NCBI GenBank assembly: GCA_963712745.1
Contig: CAVQJC010000001.1
Coordinates: 192,001 to 256,000, forward strand
From: an uncultured Chloroflexia bacterium
GTDB lineage: Bacteria > Chloroflexota > Limnocylindria > Limnocylindrales > CSP1-4
Length of the DNA: 64,000 nucleotides
Reading direction: 5' to 3'
Shown: positions 39,383 to 50,447 of the stretch, piece by piece
Position numbering within the stretch: the stretch's first letter is position 1
Layout of the letters: every line of letters begins with the position of its first letter
Program-made: the position numbers and the translations under genes
The notes under the pieces: model-generated
What the model saw: the letters and a program-made list of their open reading frames with translations, nothing else
What the model was told of the DNA's origin: nothing
Database searches by the model: none

Positions 39383-41327
39383 GTGCTACCTCCACTTGAT
39401 CCGTTTCCTTCGGATGGATACGTCGTTTGGCGAGCAGGGACGTGTCGTCCACCGCCCGGTCGAGCTCGAGACGCCTGCGCTGGAGGTCGAGGACCTCACG
39501 CTGCAGGCGCTGCAGCTCGGGTTCATCGTGGGCCGCCTCTGCATCTGCGAGGCGAGCACGGGTGTACTCGATGCGCTCCGAGAGTCGCGCCCGCTCGAGG
39601 GTCAGCAGGCTCTGATCGATGGCCTGCTGGATGTGGGCGTCGTCGACGGGAAGCGGGTCGGTGCGGGCCATGAGGGTCTGGGCCACGGCCTTCAAGGTGG
39701 CATCGAGCTCGGCCACGAAGGCCGCCCGGTCGAAGTGGTCAGAACCCGCCTGCCTGAGTGCCTGGCCTAGCGCCTTCCACAGCTCACGGGCGGGCGTGGT
39801 CACGAAGGGATCGCCATCGAGCCTGGCGGTGGTGGCATGGAAGCGACTCGGATAGCGCAGCATCAGCCGCAGCAGGGTCGCCTCCGCCGGCTCGATGGCC
39901 CGCTCGACGGCCCGGGGATCGAGCGCGTCCGGCTGGGTCATGACCGCCTCGAGATTGATGCGGCTGCCCACCTGGGCGCTATCACGAGCGCCTCCGGGTG
40001 GGCCCGGGTCGCGGCGGCGCAGGGCCTCCAGCAGGGTGCGCTCCTCCACGCCCGACCGGCGCGCCAGCAGCTGCAGATAGCCATCACGACGCACCGGGTC
40101 GCCGATCGTCCGCAGGGTGGGCAGCACCGCGGCCACCAGCTTCTCGCGACCGGACACGGTCGACTGGTCGAAGCGCGCGGCCGCCCGGTCGATGAGGAAC
40201 TCCATGATCGGCTGCGGGTTCTCGGTGGCGGCGCGCCAGGTGTCGGGATCGTCGCGGATGATCTCGTCGGGGTCACGGTCGTCGGGCAGGCGCACGACGT
40301 CGACATCAGTGAGACGACCACGGTAGGGTGAGCGCTCGATCTCGCCCACCAGCGCGGTCAGCTCGGTGGCGCCGAAGGCGGCGGCCCCCTGCCCTGCCGC
40401 ATCGACGTCGTAGGCCAGTGCGATGCGCGGGGCGTAGCGGGTGAGCAGCTCCACCTGGCCGGCCGTCAGCGCGGTGCCCATGGAGCAGACGACGTTCTCG
40501 AAGCCGGCCTGGTGGGCCATGAGCGCGTCGGTATTGCCCTCGACCAGCACGGCCACGCCCGACTTGCGGATGGCCGTCTTGGCCTTGTCGATGAGGTACA
40601 GCGTGCGACCCTTGTCGAACAACGGGGTCTGGGGCGTGTTCAGGTACTTGGGCCCGGTGTCTTCGCCCTGCGGCCCGAGGATGCGGCCGGTCATGCCGGT
40701 GGCACCGCCGGAGGCGTCGCGGATGGGGAAGATGACGCGCGCCCGGAAGCGGTCGTACACGCCGCGACCCGAGCGGCGGCGGCTGACGAGCCCGGCGGCT
40801 TCGAGGTCCGCCTGGGCGATCTGGCGCTTGCCGCTGAGGGCCTTGGTCATGGCATCCCAGGCATCGGGCGCCCAGCCGAGGTTGAAGCGCTCGATGGTCT
40901 CATCGTCGAACCCACGATCGTGCAGGTAGGCGAGTGCGGCCGCTCCGCTTGCGTGACTGGTCAGCACCTGGTGGTAGAAGGAGATGGCAGCATCGAGTGC
41001 CTCACGCAGGCGCTTGCGCTGAGCATCCTCGCGCGAGGTGCGTTCGCTGAGCTCGACGCCGGCGCGGCCCGCCAGGGACCGCAGCGCGGTGGGGAAGTCC
41101 ACGCCGTCACGCTCCATGACGAAGTTGAAGATGTCCCCGCCCCGGCCGCAGCCGAAGCAGTGCCAGCGCTCACGCGTGGGCGTGACCGTGAACGAGGGGG
41201 TCTTCTCGCCATGGAAGGGGCAGAGGCCCTTGAACGTGGTCCCGGCCTTCTTGAGCTGGACGGTCTCGCCGATGAGCTCGACGATGTCCAGCTTCTCCTT
41301 GATGGTGGCGGCAGCGCCGATGGACAA
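39372..41327 (-). CDS. dnaG: DNA primase
   Basis: [11 protein letters not shown]...HCFGC Zn ribbon, KYLNTP, TOPRIM EG...D.D; precedes rpoD. Confidence 0.96.
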
Positions 41328-41448
41328 TCCGGATGTGCCTCTTCTTCCCCGGTGCCCGCTGCGCCATTGACCCTTGGCCGATCCTGGTCAGCGGATCGCC
41401 CTGCCCGGGTCACGTCCGCCGGCGCAGGTCCTGACGGGCACACGTCTG

Positions 41449-41575
41449 GCCTTGTCAAGTCTTGACAAGGCGCTGGAACTACATTCTAGGGTCTTGACAA
41501 GGGGTTGACAAGGGGGTCCTGAGCACGGTTTCGGCAAGTCAAGTGGCCGCAAGGGGGTTGACAAAGGGGTTGACA
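41449..41575. promoter_or_regulatory. array of TTGACA boxes upstream of dnaG-rpoD
   Basis: Plus-strand TTGACA at 41462, 41494, 41505, 41558, 41570; minus-strand at 41453-41458; palindrome gccttgtcaag-t-cttgacaaggc. Confidence 0.7.
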
Positions 41576-41728
41576 GGACCGCGCCGTCCCTCCGAGCAGG
41601 GCCCCTCCACCCGGTCGGGCAGCAGACCGATGCCAGGCTGCCGACCGACGCCCGGTGGACGTGGCCGCGATGGCACGCCCGACCCCCGACACGTACCATC
41701 GACGTCCACCCGCCGCTGGAGACCACCT

Positions 41729-42463
41729 GTGCGCCTAGCCCCGTCCCTGCACCGTCTTGGCCAAGATGAGGTCGCCTGCTACCTCGTCGAAGAAGCCGGC
41801 GAGGTCACCGTCGTCGATGCTGGCGTACCGGCCTACTACGGCGACCTGCTCGACGAGCTGGCTGCGATGGGCCGCACTATCGACGATGTCCGGGCCGTGG
41901 TCCTCACACACGGGCACTCCGACCATATCGGCTTCGCTGAGCGTGTCCGCGACGAGCACGGCATCGCGGTCAGCGTGCACGAGCTCGATGCAGCCCTGGC
42001 GCGCGGCGAAGTCCCCAACCCCAGCGCCGGCCTGGGCCAGCGCAAGCTGGGTTCGCTGCTGGGTTTCCTGGCCTGGGGTGCGCGACACGGCGCACTCCGG
42101 ACCAAGACGCTGACCGAGGTGAGCACGTTCGGCTCGGGCGCGACGCTCGACGTGCCGGGCGCACTCCAGGTCATCCACACACCCGGGCACACCCAGGGCA
42201 ACACCGCCTTGCACGCACCCAGCCTCGACGCCCTGTTCGTGGGCGACACGCTCTCCACGCTGGCGGTGCCCACCGGCCGCCGAGGTCCACAGATCTCGCC
42301 CTTCAGCGCCGACCCCGACGAGGCCCTGGCCTCGCTTGCTCGCATCGAGTCGGTCGAGGCGCGCTGGCTGCTGCCCGGACACGGGGCACCCTGGGCCGAC
42401 GGCGTGGCCAAAGCGGTCGCCGCCGCCCGGGACGTGGGCGTGGCGCACCTGGCCCGGCCGTGA
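41729..42463 (+). CDS. MBL fold metallo-hydrolase
   Basis: THGHSDHIG, TPGHT, GD, PGHG; ggag RBS. Confidence 0.88.
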   Translation: MRLAPSLHRLGQDEVACYLVEEAGEVTVVDAGVPAYYGDLLDELAAMGRTIDDVRAVVLTHGHSDHIGFAERVRDEHGIAVSVHELDAALARGEVPNPSAGLGQRKLGSLLGFLAWGARHGALRTKTLTEVSTFGSGATLDVPGALQVIHTPGHTQGNTALHAPSLDALFVGDTLSTLAVPTGRRGPQISPFSADPDEALASLARIESVEARWLLPGHGAPWADGVAKAVAAARDVGVAHLARP

Positions 42464-43182
42464 TCGCTCGCGCACCGGTGGGCATCCTGTGCGCGCTGCC
42501 CCAGGAGCAGGAACTGCTGGTGGCAGCACTGGGCGACCCGTCTCCCCTGCCGGGCGCGGGCCTCGAGGCGCGACGCGGGCGACTCGACGGGCGGGAGGTC
42601 GTGGTCGCGGCATCAGGCGTGGGCAAGGTCAAGGCCGCCACTACCGCCACGCTGCTGGTCGAGCGTCTGGGATGCGGGGCGCTGGTGTTGAGTGGCGTGG
42701 CCGGCGGCCTGGGCGACCTTGCGATCGGTGACATCGTCATCGCCGAGCGCGTCATCGACATCGACTACGGCCGGCTGACCGACGAGGGACGCATCGTCTA
42801 CCAGCCGGGCACGCTGCCGATCCCGGAGGAGAAGCCCGATCCGGGCTACCACATGCCGGCCGACCGCCTGGTGCGGATCCGGCGCCGGCTGGCCGAGACC
42901 GGGCTCCAGGCCACGCTGGGCACCATCGTCACCGGTGACGCCTTCCTGGCCTCGGCACGCGTGCGCGAGGGCCTGGCCGACGAATGGGACGCGCTGGCCA
43001 TCGAGATGGAAGGATCGGCCCTCTGTGGCGTGGCCGAGCGGTTCGACGTGCCCTGGCTCGTCGTGCGTGCCCTGTCGGACCGTGCGGGCGAGGACTCGCT
43101 CACCGACTTCGGGGCGTTCGTGGCCTCGGCCGCGGCCAGCTCCGCGCGCCTGGTGCGGGAGCTGCTGCCCGTCCTCGACTGA
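42460..43182 (+). CDS. mtnN: 5'-methylthioadenosine/S-adenosylhomocysteine nucleosidase
   Basis: SGVGKVKAA, GVAGG, TGDAF, EMEG, RALSD. Confidence 0.88.
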   Translation: MIARAPVGILCALPQEQELLVAALGDPSPLPGAGLEARRGRLDGREVVVAASGVGKVKAATTATLLVERLGCGALVLSGVAGGLGDLAIGDIVIAERVIDIDYGRLTDEGRIVYQPGTLPIPEEKPDPGYHMPADRLVRIRRRLAETGLQATLGTIVTGDAFLASARVREGLADEWDALAIEMEGSALCGVAERFDVPWLVVRALSDRAGEDSLTDFGAFVASAAASSARLVRELLPVLD

Positions 43183-43500
43183 CCTGCGGTCAAGTCCCAG
43201 GATGTGACGCACTAGCACAGCACCATGCCAGATGTCGCCCGTGGAGCCGTAAGGCACATGGACCGGCCGACCTCCTAGGCGACCATGCATATCCAAGCGT
43301 CCGATATGCATGAGGACCCACTTCATGCAAGACCGTCGCATCGACATGCATCCAAGGGGTGTCCGACCGTCGCAGACGCCGGCTAACGGCGCCCGGGCCG
43401 ACATCTGGCATGAAGGATGCTTCAGCAACGTCTCACCGAGGCAAGCATCCCATCATGGCCGCGGCCAGCTCCGCACGCCTGGTGCGGGAGCTGCTGCCCG
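43128..43500. repeat. structured ~285-bp insert flanked by a 44-bp duplication of the mtnN 3' end
   Basis: 43128-43171 and 43457-43500 match 43/44; internal IRs at 43224-43237/43399-43412, 43284-43293/43303-43312, 43415-43422/43443-43450. Confidence 0.8.
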
Positions 43501-43523
43501 CCCTGCCTACGACCGCCCTGCCC

Positions 43524-44299
43524 TTAGTGGGTCAGGATCTGCGAGAGGAAGAGCTTGGTGCGGTCGTGCTGCGGGTTCTCGAAGATCTGCTCGGGCGGCC
43601 CCTCCTCCACGATGTTGCCCTCGTCGAAGAAGACCATGCGGTCGGCCGCGGCCTTGGCGAAACCCATCTCGTGCGTGACCACGAGCATGGTCATGCCCGA
43701 CTCGGCCAGCTCGCGCATGACATCGAGGACCTCGCTGATCATCTCCGGGTCGAGTGCGGAGGTGGGCTCGTCGAAGAGCATGATCTTGGGATCCATCGCC
43801 AGTGCGCGCGCGATGGCCACACGCTGCTGCTGGCCGCCCGAGAGCTGCGCGGGGTACTTCAGCGCCTGCTCGGGGATGCCCACGCGGTTGAGCAGCTGCA
43901 TCGCTCGCTCTTCCGCCAGTTCGCGGCGGATCTTGCGAACGCGGATGGGCCCCAGCGTGATGTTCTGGAGGCACGGTCAGGTGCGGGAAGAGGTTGAACG
44001 ACTGGAAGACCATGCCGATCTCGGATGCGGATGGCAGCGATGTTACGGATGTCGTTGGAGAGCTCGATGCCGTCGACGATGATGTCGCCGCGCTGGTGCT
44101 CCTCGAGCCGGTTGATGGTGCGGATGAAGGTCGACTTGCCCGAGCCCGACGGTCCCGCGATGACCAGCACCTCGCCGTGGCTTGACGGTCAGATCTGATG
44201 CCGTGTGAGCACGTGCAGCTCGCCGAACCACTTGTGCACGTCTCGACAGACGATGATCTCCTCGTTACCGGCCTCGGCCACGGGCGCAGTATCAGTCAT
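43524..44299 (-). CDS. amino acid ABC transporter ATP-binding protein (AapP-like), frameshifted
   Basis: [48 protein letters not shown] across frames. Confidence 0.85.
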
Positions 44300-45530
44300 C
44301 GTTCACCTATCCCAAGTTCCTTCTCAAGACGATAGCTTGCCTGCGAGAGTGTGTAGCTGAGGACGAAGAACACGGCGGCCACGAAGACAGTAGACCTCGA
44401 ACGAGCGCGCCCAGCCACTCCGGCTGCGCCAGCACCTGCCGCCCGACGCCCAGGATCTCGAGCAGGCCGATGATGACGACCAGCGTGGTGTCCTTCATCA
44501 GGCTGATGAACTGACCCACGTTGGCCGGGATCGTGATGCGCAGCGCCTGCGGCAGCACGATGTATATGTTGATCTGCCAGCCACGCAGGCCGATGGCCTG
44601 AGGCCGCCTCGATCCTGACCCGCGGGAATGGCCTGCAGGCCACCGCGCACGTTCTCGGCCACGTAGGCCGCGGTGAAGACGGTGAGTGCCGCCATGGCGC
44701 GGAGGACGTTGTCGATGCGGATGTTCTCGGGCAGGAACAATGGGCACCAGGAGCGGTGGCCATGAAGAGGATGGTGATCAGCGGAACCGCCCGGACGACT
44801 TCGATGAAGGCTGTGCTCAGAGCGCCTGACCACCGGCAGCGAGCTGCGACGACCGACCGCCAGGGCCACGCCGATCGGGAATGAGAGCAGGATGCCCACG
44901 ACCGAGAGCGTGATCGTCAGCAGCAGTCCGCCCCAGACGCGCGGCGAGACGGTCGGCAGCGGTCGTGCCTCACCGAAGCCATAGAGCAGCACGACGCACC
45001 AGGACGGTCGAGGCCAACCAGCCCATCGACGAGCCACCGTCGCGGGACGGGCCAGCGTTCGGCCACGAACATCAGACCGACAGACGAGGACCGCGTTGGC
45101 GACGAGCGCCAGGGCGCCCACCATCGCCCAAGGCCAGAGATAACGGCCAGACAGGGCGATGGTCAGCTGGCCGGCAGCTCAGCATGATGGCCAGGATGCG
45201 GATCGGACCGAGCCCTCGATGTGCCGGCCGAGAGGCCCGACGAGCACCGATAGCACGACCATCGTCGACCCAGACACGCCAGATCTCGTCCGGGGGTACA
45301 GGCCCACCAGGAAGAGCCGCATGTTCGTGCGTGATGACGCCCCAGCGAGCGTCGTAGACGGCCCAGCGTCAGCGCGAGCCAGATGGACCAGCACCAGGAT
45401 GGTGCCGATAACGATGGTGACGACGGCCGCTGGACTTGCTGTTGAAGAGGTTGTGCTTCAGCCAGCCGAGGACACCGACCTCGGTGCTGGGCGGCTGGAT
45501 CTCCTGCGCTGCTGTGCTCGGGGTCGTCAT
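44296..45530 (-). CDS. amino acid ABC transporter permease (AapM-like), multiple frameshifts
   Basis: WGGLLLT, AAYVAENVRGGLQAIP, IVLPQALR, ISLMKDTTL. Confidence 0.8.
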
Positions 45531-45536
45531 CCGGTG

Positions 45537-46746
45537 CTATCGCTGCTGGATCTGAACGGTTCGGTTGTAGATGTTCATGAGAACCGAGGTCACGAGGCTG
45601 ATGACCAGGTAGACGGCCATGACGATGACGATGACGGCGACAGGCTGGCCGGTCTGCTCGGAGATCGTGCGGCTGACGTTGAAGAGGTCGGCGTAGCCGA
45701 TGGCCAAGCGCCAGGCTGGAGTTCTTGATGAGGCTCAGGTACTGGCTCGTGAGCGGCGGGATGATGATGCGCAGCGCCTGCGGCAGGACCACCAGGCGGA
45801 GGGTCTGGCCCTCCTTGAGCCCGATCGCTCGCGCGGCTTCGAGCTGGCCCTTGCTCACGGCCTCGATGCCACCGCGGATGATCTCGGCGATGAAGGCGGC
45901 GGTGATAGAGCGCCAGCCCAAGCGTCAGGGCCGCGAACTCGGGCGTGAAGTTCAGGCCGCCACTGAGGTTGAACGCGCCCAGCTCCGGCACTCTCGAAGG
46001 TGACCGGTCCCACCTGAGTCAGGAACCAGGCCACGACGGGCAGCACCGAAGAGCGCCAGCCAGCGAGCCAGCGCAGGCCGTGCGATAGGACGGCCCGCTT
46101 CATCACGGCGGCCGGCGATGAACCAGTCAGCCCGAGCGATGACGATGGCGACCACGACGACAGCGAGCCAGATGGCGCCGTCTCGGCCAGCTCCGGACGG
46201 GCGTGTAGACGCCGCGCTGGCTCAGGTAGATGCCACCGGGCAGCGTGATGGAGTCGCGCACGCCGGGCATCTGCAGGAAGACGACGAAGTAGATGACGAA
46301 GCAGCTGGACCAGCAGCGGCGTGTTGCGGAAGAGCTCGACGTAGCCCAGGGCCAGTCTTGCTGACCAGCCAGTTCCTCGAGAGGCGAGCGACGCCGACGA
46401 TGAGGCCGAGGACCGTGGCCAGGAAGATGCCCACGATGCTGACCCAGAGCGTGTTCAGCAGGCCGACCAGCAGCGCCTCGCGCGTACGTGTTCGATGGCG
46501 GTCGTAGGGGACGATCTTCTCGGAGATCTCGAAGCCCGCACGCAGGCCCAGGAATTCGAGGTGTCGGGAGGATGCCGCGCTGGTCCGATGGCGATGATCA
46601 TCTGTCAGCAGGACCCCCCCGACGAGCAGCACGACCGCCAGGACGATGATCTGGCTGATGACGGCCAGCACTCGCACGTCCCGATAGAACGGGACGGATG
46701 CGCGCTGGCTGCCCCTTGCGCTCGGGCGGCCGGGCTCGTCAGTCAT
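45537..46746 (-). CDS. amino acid ABC transporter permease (AapQ-like), multiple frameshifts
   Basis: FYRDVRV, VGLLNTL, ARLSRNWLV, AFIAEIIRGGI, LIKNSSLA. Confidence 0.8.
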
Positions 46747-46782
46747 CGGAACCGACTGCTCGGTGGTGCCATTGCACGAAGA

Positions 46783-46816
46783 ACCCCGGGGCGGCGGTCG
46801 GCCGCTGCCCCGGGGT
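46783..46816 (-). terminator. intercistronic hairpin after the binding-protein gene
   Basis: accccggggcggcgg-tcgg-ccgctgccccggggt. Confidence 0.6.
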
Positions 46817-46833
46817 GCGGGTCTAGCGCTCTG

Positions 46834-47876
46834 CTAGCGGAAGGGAGGCGAGTACATCAGGCCACCGTTCGGTCCACAGCTCGTTGGGCCCACGCTCGCG
46901 GGGAGGTCCAGCGCCGTGTCAGGACCGAAGGCGCGATCGAAGATCTCGCCGTAGTTGCCCACGGCGGAGATGACGTCGACGACGAAGTCGTTCTCCAGGC
47001 CCAGCGCGGTACCGAGGTCACCGGTCTCGCCCAGGAAACGCTGCGACCACCGGGTTGGCGCTGACCGGCGAAGTCGCCGATGTTCGTCTGTGGTGATGCC
47101 CAGCTCTTCGGCTTCGATGGTGGCGTTGACGACCCAGCGTCACGCACGTCGTCCCATTGGTTGTCACCGAGTCGCGGTCGACGGGGCCAGCGGCTCCTTG
47201 GACATGACCTCGTCAAGAATGACGTGATCGTCCGGGTTCGCGAGAGCCGATTGCCGACCCGCGAGCTGGGACCGGTCGCTGGTGACTGCGTCACAGCGGC
47301 CTTGCCTCGTATTGGCCGTAGACGGTGTCGGTCTCGGCAGCCACGACCGGATTGTAGTCCAGGCCGAGCCAGGCGAACTGGTCGGTCAGGTTCAGCTCCG
47401 TGGTGGTGCCGGAGGTCACGCAGATGTCTGCGCCGTCGAGCTCCTCGAGCGTGGTGATGCCCGTACTCGACCGGAACCATCATGCCCTGGCCGTCGTAGA
47501 AGATGGTCGGACCGAAGTCGCCCCAGGCACGCGTCACGGCGTGAGCGTGTTGCGTGGTGTTGCGGAAGATGACGTCGACCTCTCCGGTCTGGATGGCGGT
47601 GGCGCGCTGGTCGGCGGTCAGAGTACTCCAGGTGACAGCGGTCGGGTCGCCGAGGACAGCGGCGGCCACGGCGCGACAGTAGTCGCGCGTCCATGCCGTC
47701 GATATTCGCTGGTCTCCGGGTTGAGGACGCTCATGCCCGGCAGACGCTCCGTTGATCAGGCAGACCACGCTGCCGCGCTCCTTGACGGCTGCCAGGGTGC
47801 CACCGTCCTGGGCGGCGACAGCCGACGAGCCGAGGACGAGGGCTCCGATGACGAGCCCGGGTACGAGTTTCTTCAA
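46834..47876 (-). CDS. general L-amino acid ABC substrate-binding protein (AapJ/BztA-like), multiple frameshifts
   Basis: TLAAVKERG, DYCRAVAAAVLGD, FYDGQG, C-terminal MYSPPFR*; ggagg RBS before TTG. Confidence 0.82.
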
Positions 47877-48103
47877 GATCGTTCCTCCTTTGGATACCCG
47901 TGTGCACACGAGGGGCATTCCGGGCCCATCGCGATCGAGGCGCAGCGGACTCGAACGGCCCCCAGGTCGCGTCGGCGCAGGATACCAATTCTTACGAACG
48001 CGAGCTCGCCGTCGGAGGGGTCTCGCGCACGCTCCGAGCACAGATGTGACCGAACCGCAACCACGATGGTGCGCGGAGGCACCGCAGTTCGCACGGTCGG
48101 GCG

Positions 48104-48964
48104 TCAGACCAGGCGATAGACGCGTTCGGCGGTCCCACCCCGGATCTCGGCCAGTTCGTGTCCCGGCAGCTCCGCCAGCAGATAGCGCACCGCGTCGATG
48201 GCGTCGCTGTAGGAGCCGGCCAGCAGGCAGGTCGGCCAGTCGGAAGCCAGCATCAGCCGACGCGGCCCGAAGGCGTCGACCGCCAGCTCCACCGGGTGGC
48301 GCACGTCATCGATGGACCAGGTGAGCCAGTCGGCCTCGGTGACCAGCCCGCTGAGCTTGGCGTTGACGTTGGGCAGCTCCGCCAGGGGCAGCAGGGCCCG
48401 GCCCCACGCCGACAGGTCCCCGCTGGTGAGGGGCGGGCCGGCCAGGTGGTCGAGCACGAACCGCAGCTCCCCTATGGCCCGGCACGTGTCGTAGGCCGCC
48501 GCCAGCTCGCGGGTGCGTACCTGCAGGTCGAACGCCAGCCCGGCGGCTGCTACCGCGGCCAGCCCTCGCCGCACGTCGTCGCGTCGCAGCCAGTCGGGAT
48601 CAGGCTCGTCGTGGACGCGGTGCCGCAGGCCGACCAGCAGCTCTCCGCCACGGCCCGCGCGCAGGGTCTCGATGCCGGCGGCCAGATGGGCGGATGTGAG
48701 GTCGACCCAGCCCACGACGCCCCGGACGAAGGGCACCTCGAGGGCGATCGCGAGCAGCTCGGAGGTCTCCTCGGTCGAGGGCAGGGTCCCGACCAGTACC
48801 GAACCGGTCATCCCCTGCAGCGCTAGCTCGGGTGCGAGGTCGGCCGGTCCGTACGCCCGGCGCAAGGGCGCGAACGCCCCGCTCAGCCAGGGATAGTCGC
48901 GCAGCGCCGGATCCCAGAAGCTGTGGTGCGCGTCGATGACAGGTGGAGTCAGCATGTGGTCCAT
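48104..48964 (-). CDS. amidohydrolase family lactonase (L-fuconolactonase-like)
   Basis: IDAHH.FW, GVVGWVDL, VLDHL, KLSGL, SDWP. Confidence 0.85.
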   Translation of the reverse strand: MDHMLTPPVIDAHHSFWDPALRDYPWLSGAFAPLRRAYGPADLAPELALQGMTGSVLVGTLPSTEETSELLAIALEVPFVRGVVGWVDLTSAHLAAGIETLRAGRGGELLVGLRHRVHDEPDPDWLRRDDVRRGLAAVAAAGLAFDLQVRTRELAAAYDTCRAIGELRFVLDHLAGPPLTSGDLSAWGRALLPLAELPNVNAKLSGLVTEADWLTWSIDDVRHPVELAVDAFGPRRLMLASDWPTCLLAGSYSDAIDAVRYLLAELPGHELAEIRGGTAERVYRLV

Positions 48965-49179
48965 CTCCCGGAGCAGCGCCCGCATCCGTGGCGCCACTCC
49001 CGCGCTACCCCGACGGCATCACATCCTCTCCTGCCGCGCGACCGCCTGCCGCGCCCATCGTCTGCCGTTGCCCAGTAGCCTAGCGCCGCCGTCTAGCACC
49101 CATGCTGCCGATCGCGACCCGTAGCGCGTGTATGCGCGTGGGCCACCCGGGGTCTTCCCCCATGCGAGACACTTGGCCC

Positions 49180-50199
49180 ATGACGACCGGGGGCGAATCC
49201 ATCGGCGTGGCGGTGCTGGGCGCCGGCCGCATGGGCCAGACACACATCCGCAACCTGGCAGCCATCCCCGACGCCAGGGTCGTGGCCGTTGCCGACCCCG
49301 ACGCCCACGCGGCCGCGGTCGGGCGGGAGCTGGCGCGGGCCGAGCACTCGTTCACCGACCCACGCGATGCCATCAAGGCCGACGGCGTGGATGCCGTGGT
49401 GATCGTGACTCCCACCAGCACTCACGCCTCGCTCATCGAGGCCGCCGTGAACGCCGGCAAGGCCGTCTGGAGCGAGAAGCCCATCGCCCTCGAACTGGCC
49501 GAGACGGCACGCGTGGTCGACGTCGTGGAGCGGACAGGCAGACCGGTCCAGCTGGGCTTCATGCGCCGCTTCGACCCTGGGTACGCCGCGGCCAGGACGC
49601 GCATCGAGGCAGGCGAGCTGGGGCGGATCGAGCAGTTCCGGGCGCTCTCGCGTGACACCTACCCGCCGTCGGTGGAGTTCCTCCACCACGCCGGCGGCAT
49701 CTTCCTCGACATGGCCGTGCACGACCTCGATCTCGCGCGCTTCCTGGTGGGCGAGGTGGTGGAGGTCAACGCCTGGGCCGCCGTGCTGGCCGAGCCACGG
49801 TTCGCCGAGGCCGGCGACTTCGACACCGCCCTTGCCATGCTGCGCTTCGAGAACGGCGCCATGGGCGTGGTCGAGACCGCGCGACACAGCCCCTGGGGCT
49901 ACGACATCCGCACCGAGGTCGCAGGTTCGGCGGGCAAGGTCGTCATCGAGGATATGCAGAAGACGGCCGCCATCTTCAGCCACGACTTCGGCTTCCATGG
50001 CGAACATTTCGAGTCATTCCCCGACCGCTTCGAAGCGGCCTTCCGCCTCGAGCTGGAAGCGTTCATCGAGGCGGTCCGCGTTGGACGTCAGCCGACGCCC
50101 GGACCGCAGGACGCGCTCGAAACGCTGCGCCTGGCGATCGCCTGCACGCGTAGCCGAGCGGAGGGACGTCCGGTCGAGCTGGCGGAGGTCAGACCCTAG
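49180..50199 (+). CDS. Gfo/Idh/MocA oxidoreductase, inositol 2-dehydrogenase-like
   Basis: GAGRMG, EKPI, GFMRRFD, DMAVHD, GYDIRTE. Confidence 0.85.
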   Translation: MTTGGESIGVAVLGAGRMGQTHIRNLAAIPDARVVAVADPDAHAAAVGRELARAEHSFTDPRDAIKADGVDAVVIVTPTSTHASLIEAAVNAGKAVWSEKPIALELAETARVVDVVERTGRPVQLGFMRRFDPGYAAARTRIEAGELGRIEQFRALSRDTYPPSVEFLHHAGGIFLDMAVHDLDLARFLVGEVVEVNAWAAVLAEPRFAEAGDFDTALAMLRFENGAMGVVETARHSPWGYDIRTEVAGSAGKVVIEDMQKTAAIFSHDFGFHGEHFESFPDRFEAAFRLELEAFIEAVRVGRQPTPGPQDALETLRLAIACTRSRAEGRPVELAEVRP

Positions 50200-50447
50200 G
50201 ACACTCGCAGAGCGGCCCTGGCCCTGAGCCACGGGGTCGGCCAGCCAGGAGATGTCCCAGAGGCAAGAGGTCGCAAGGCGCGGTACCCTGTGCCGGTCAC
50301 AGTCAGGCGTCGCCCCAGCGATCGCCGAACAGCACGATGGACGGATGCGGCCGGTGCCCGGCCCTGAGCCCCAGCTCAGCCGCCCACACAACGACACGAC
50401 GGAGGCCCGCCGTTGATGAACGCCGTGCGGCAGCGGAGCGCTGCCGA

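Noticed and set aside
41449-41575. Replication origin
   Set aside because: No exact DnaA boxes, no AT-rich unwinding element and no dnaA/dnaN nearby; kept only as a regulatory array.
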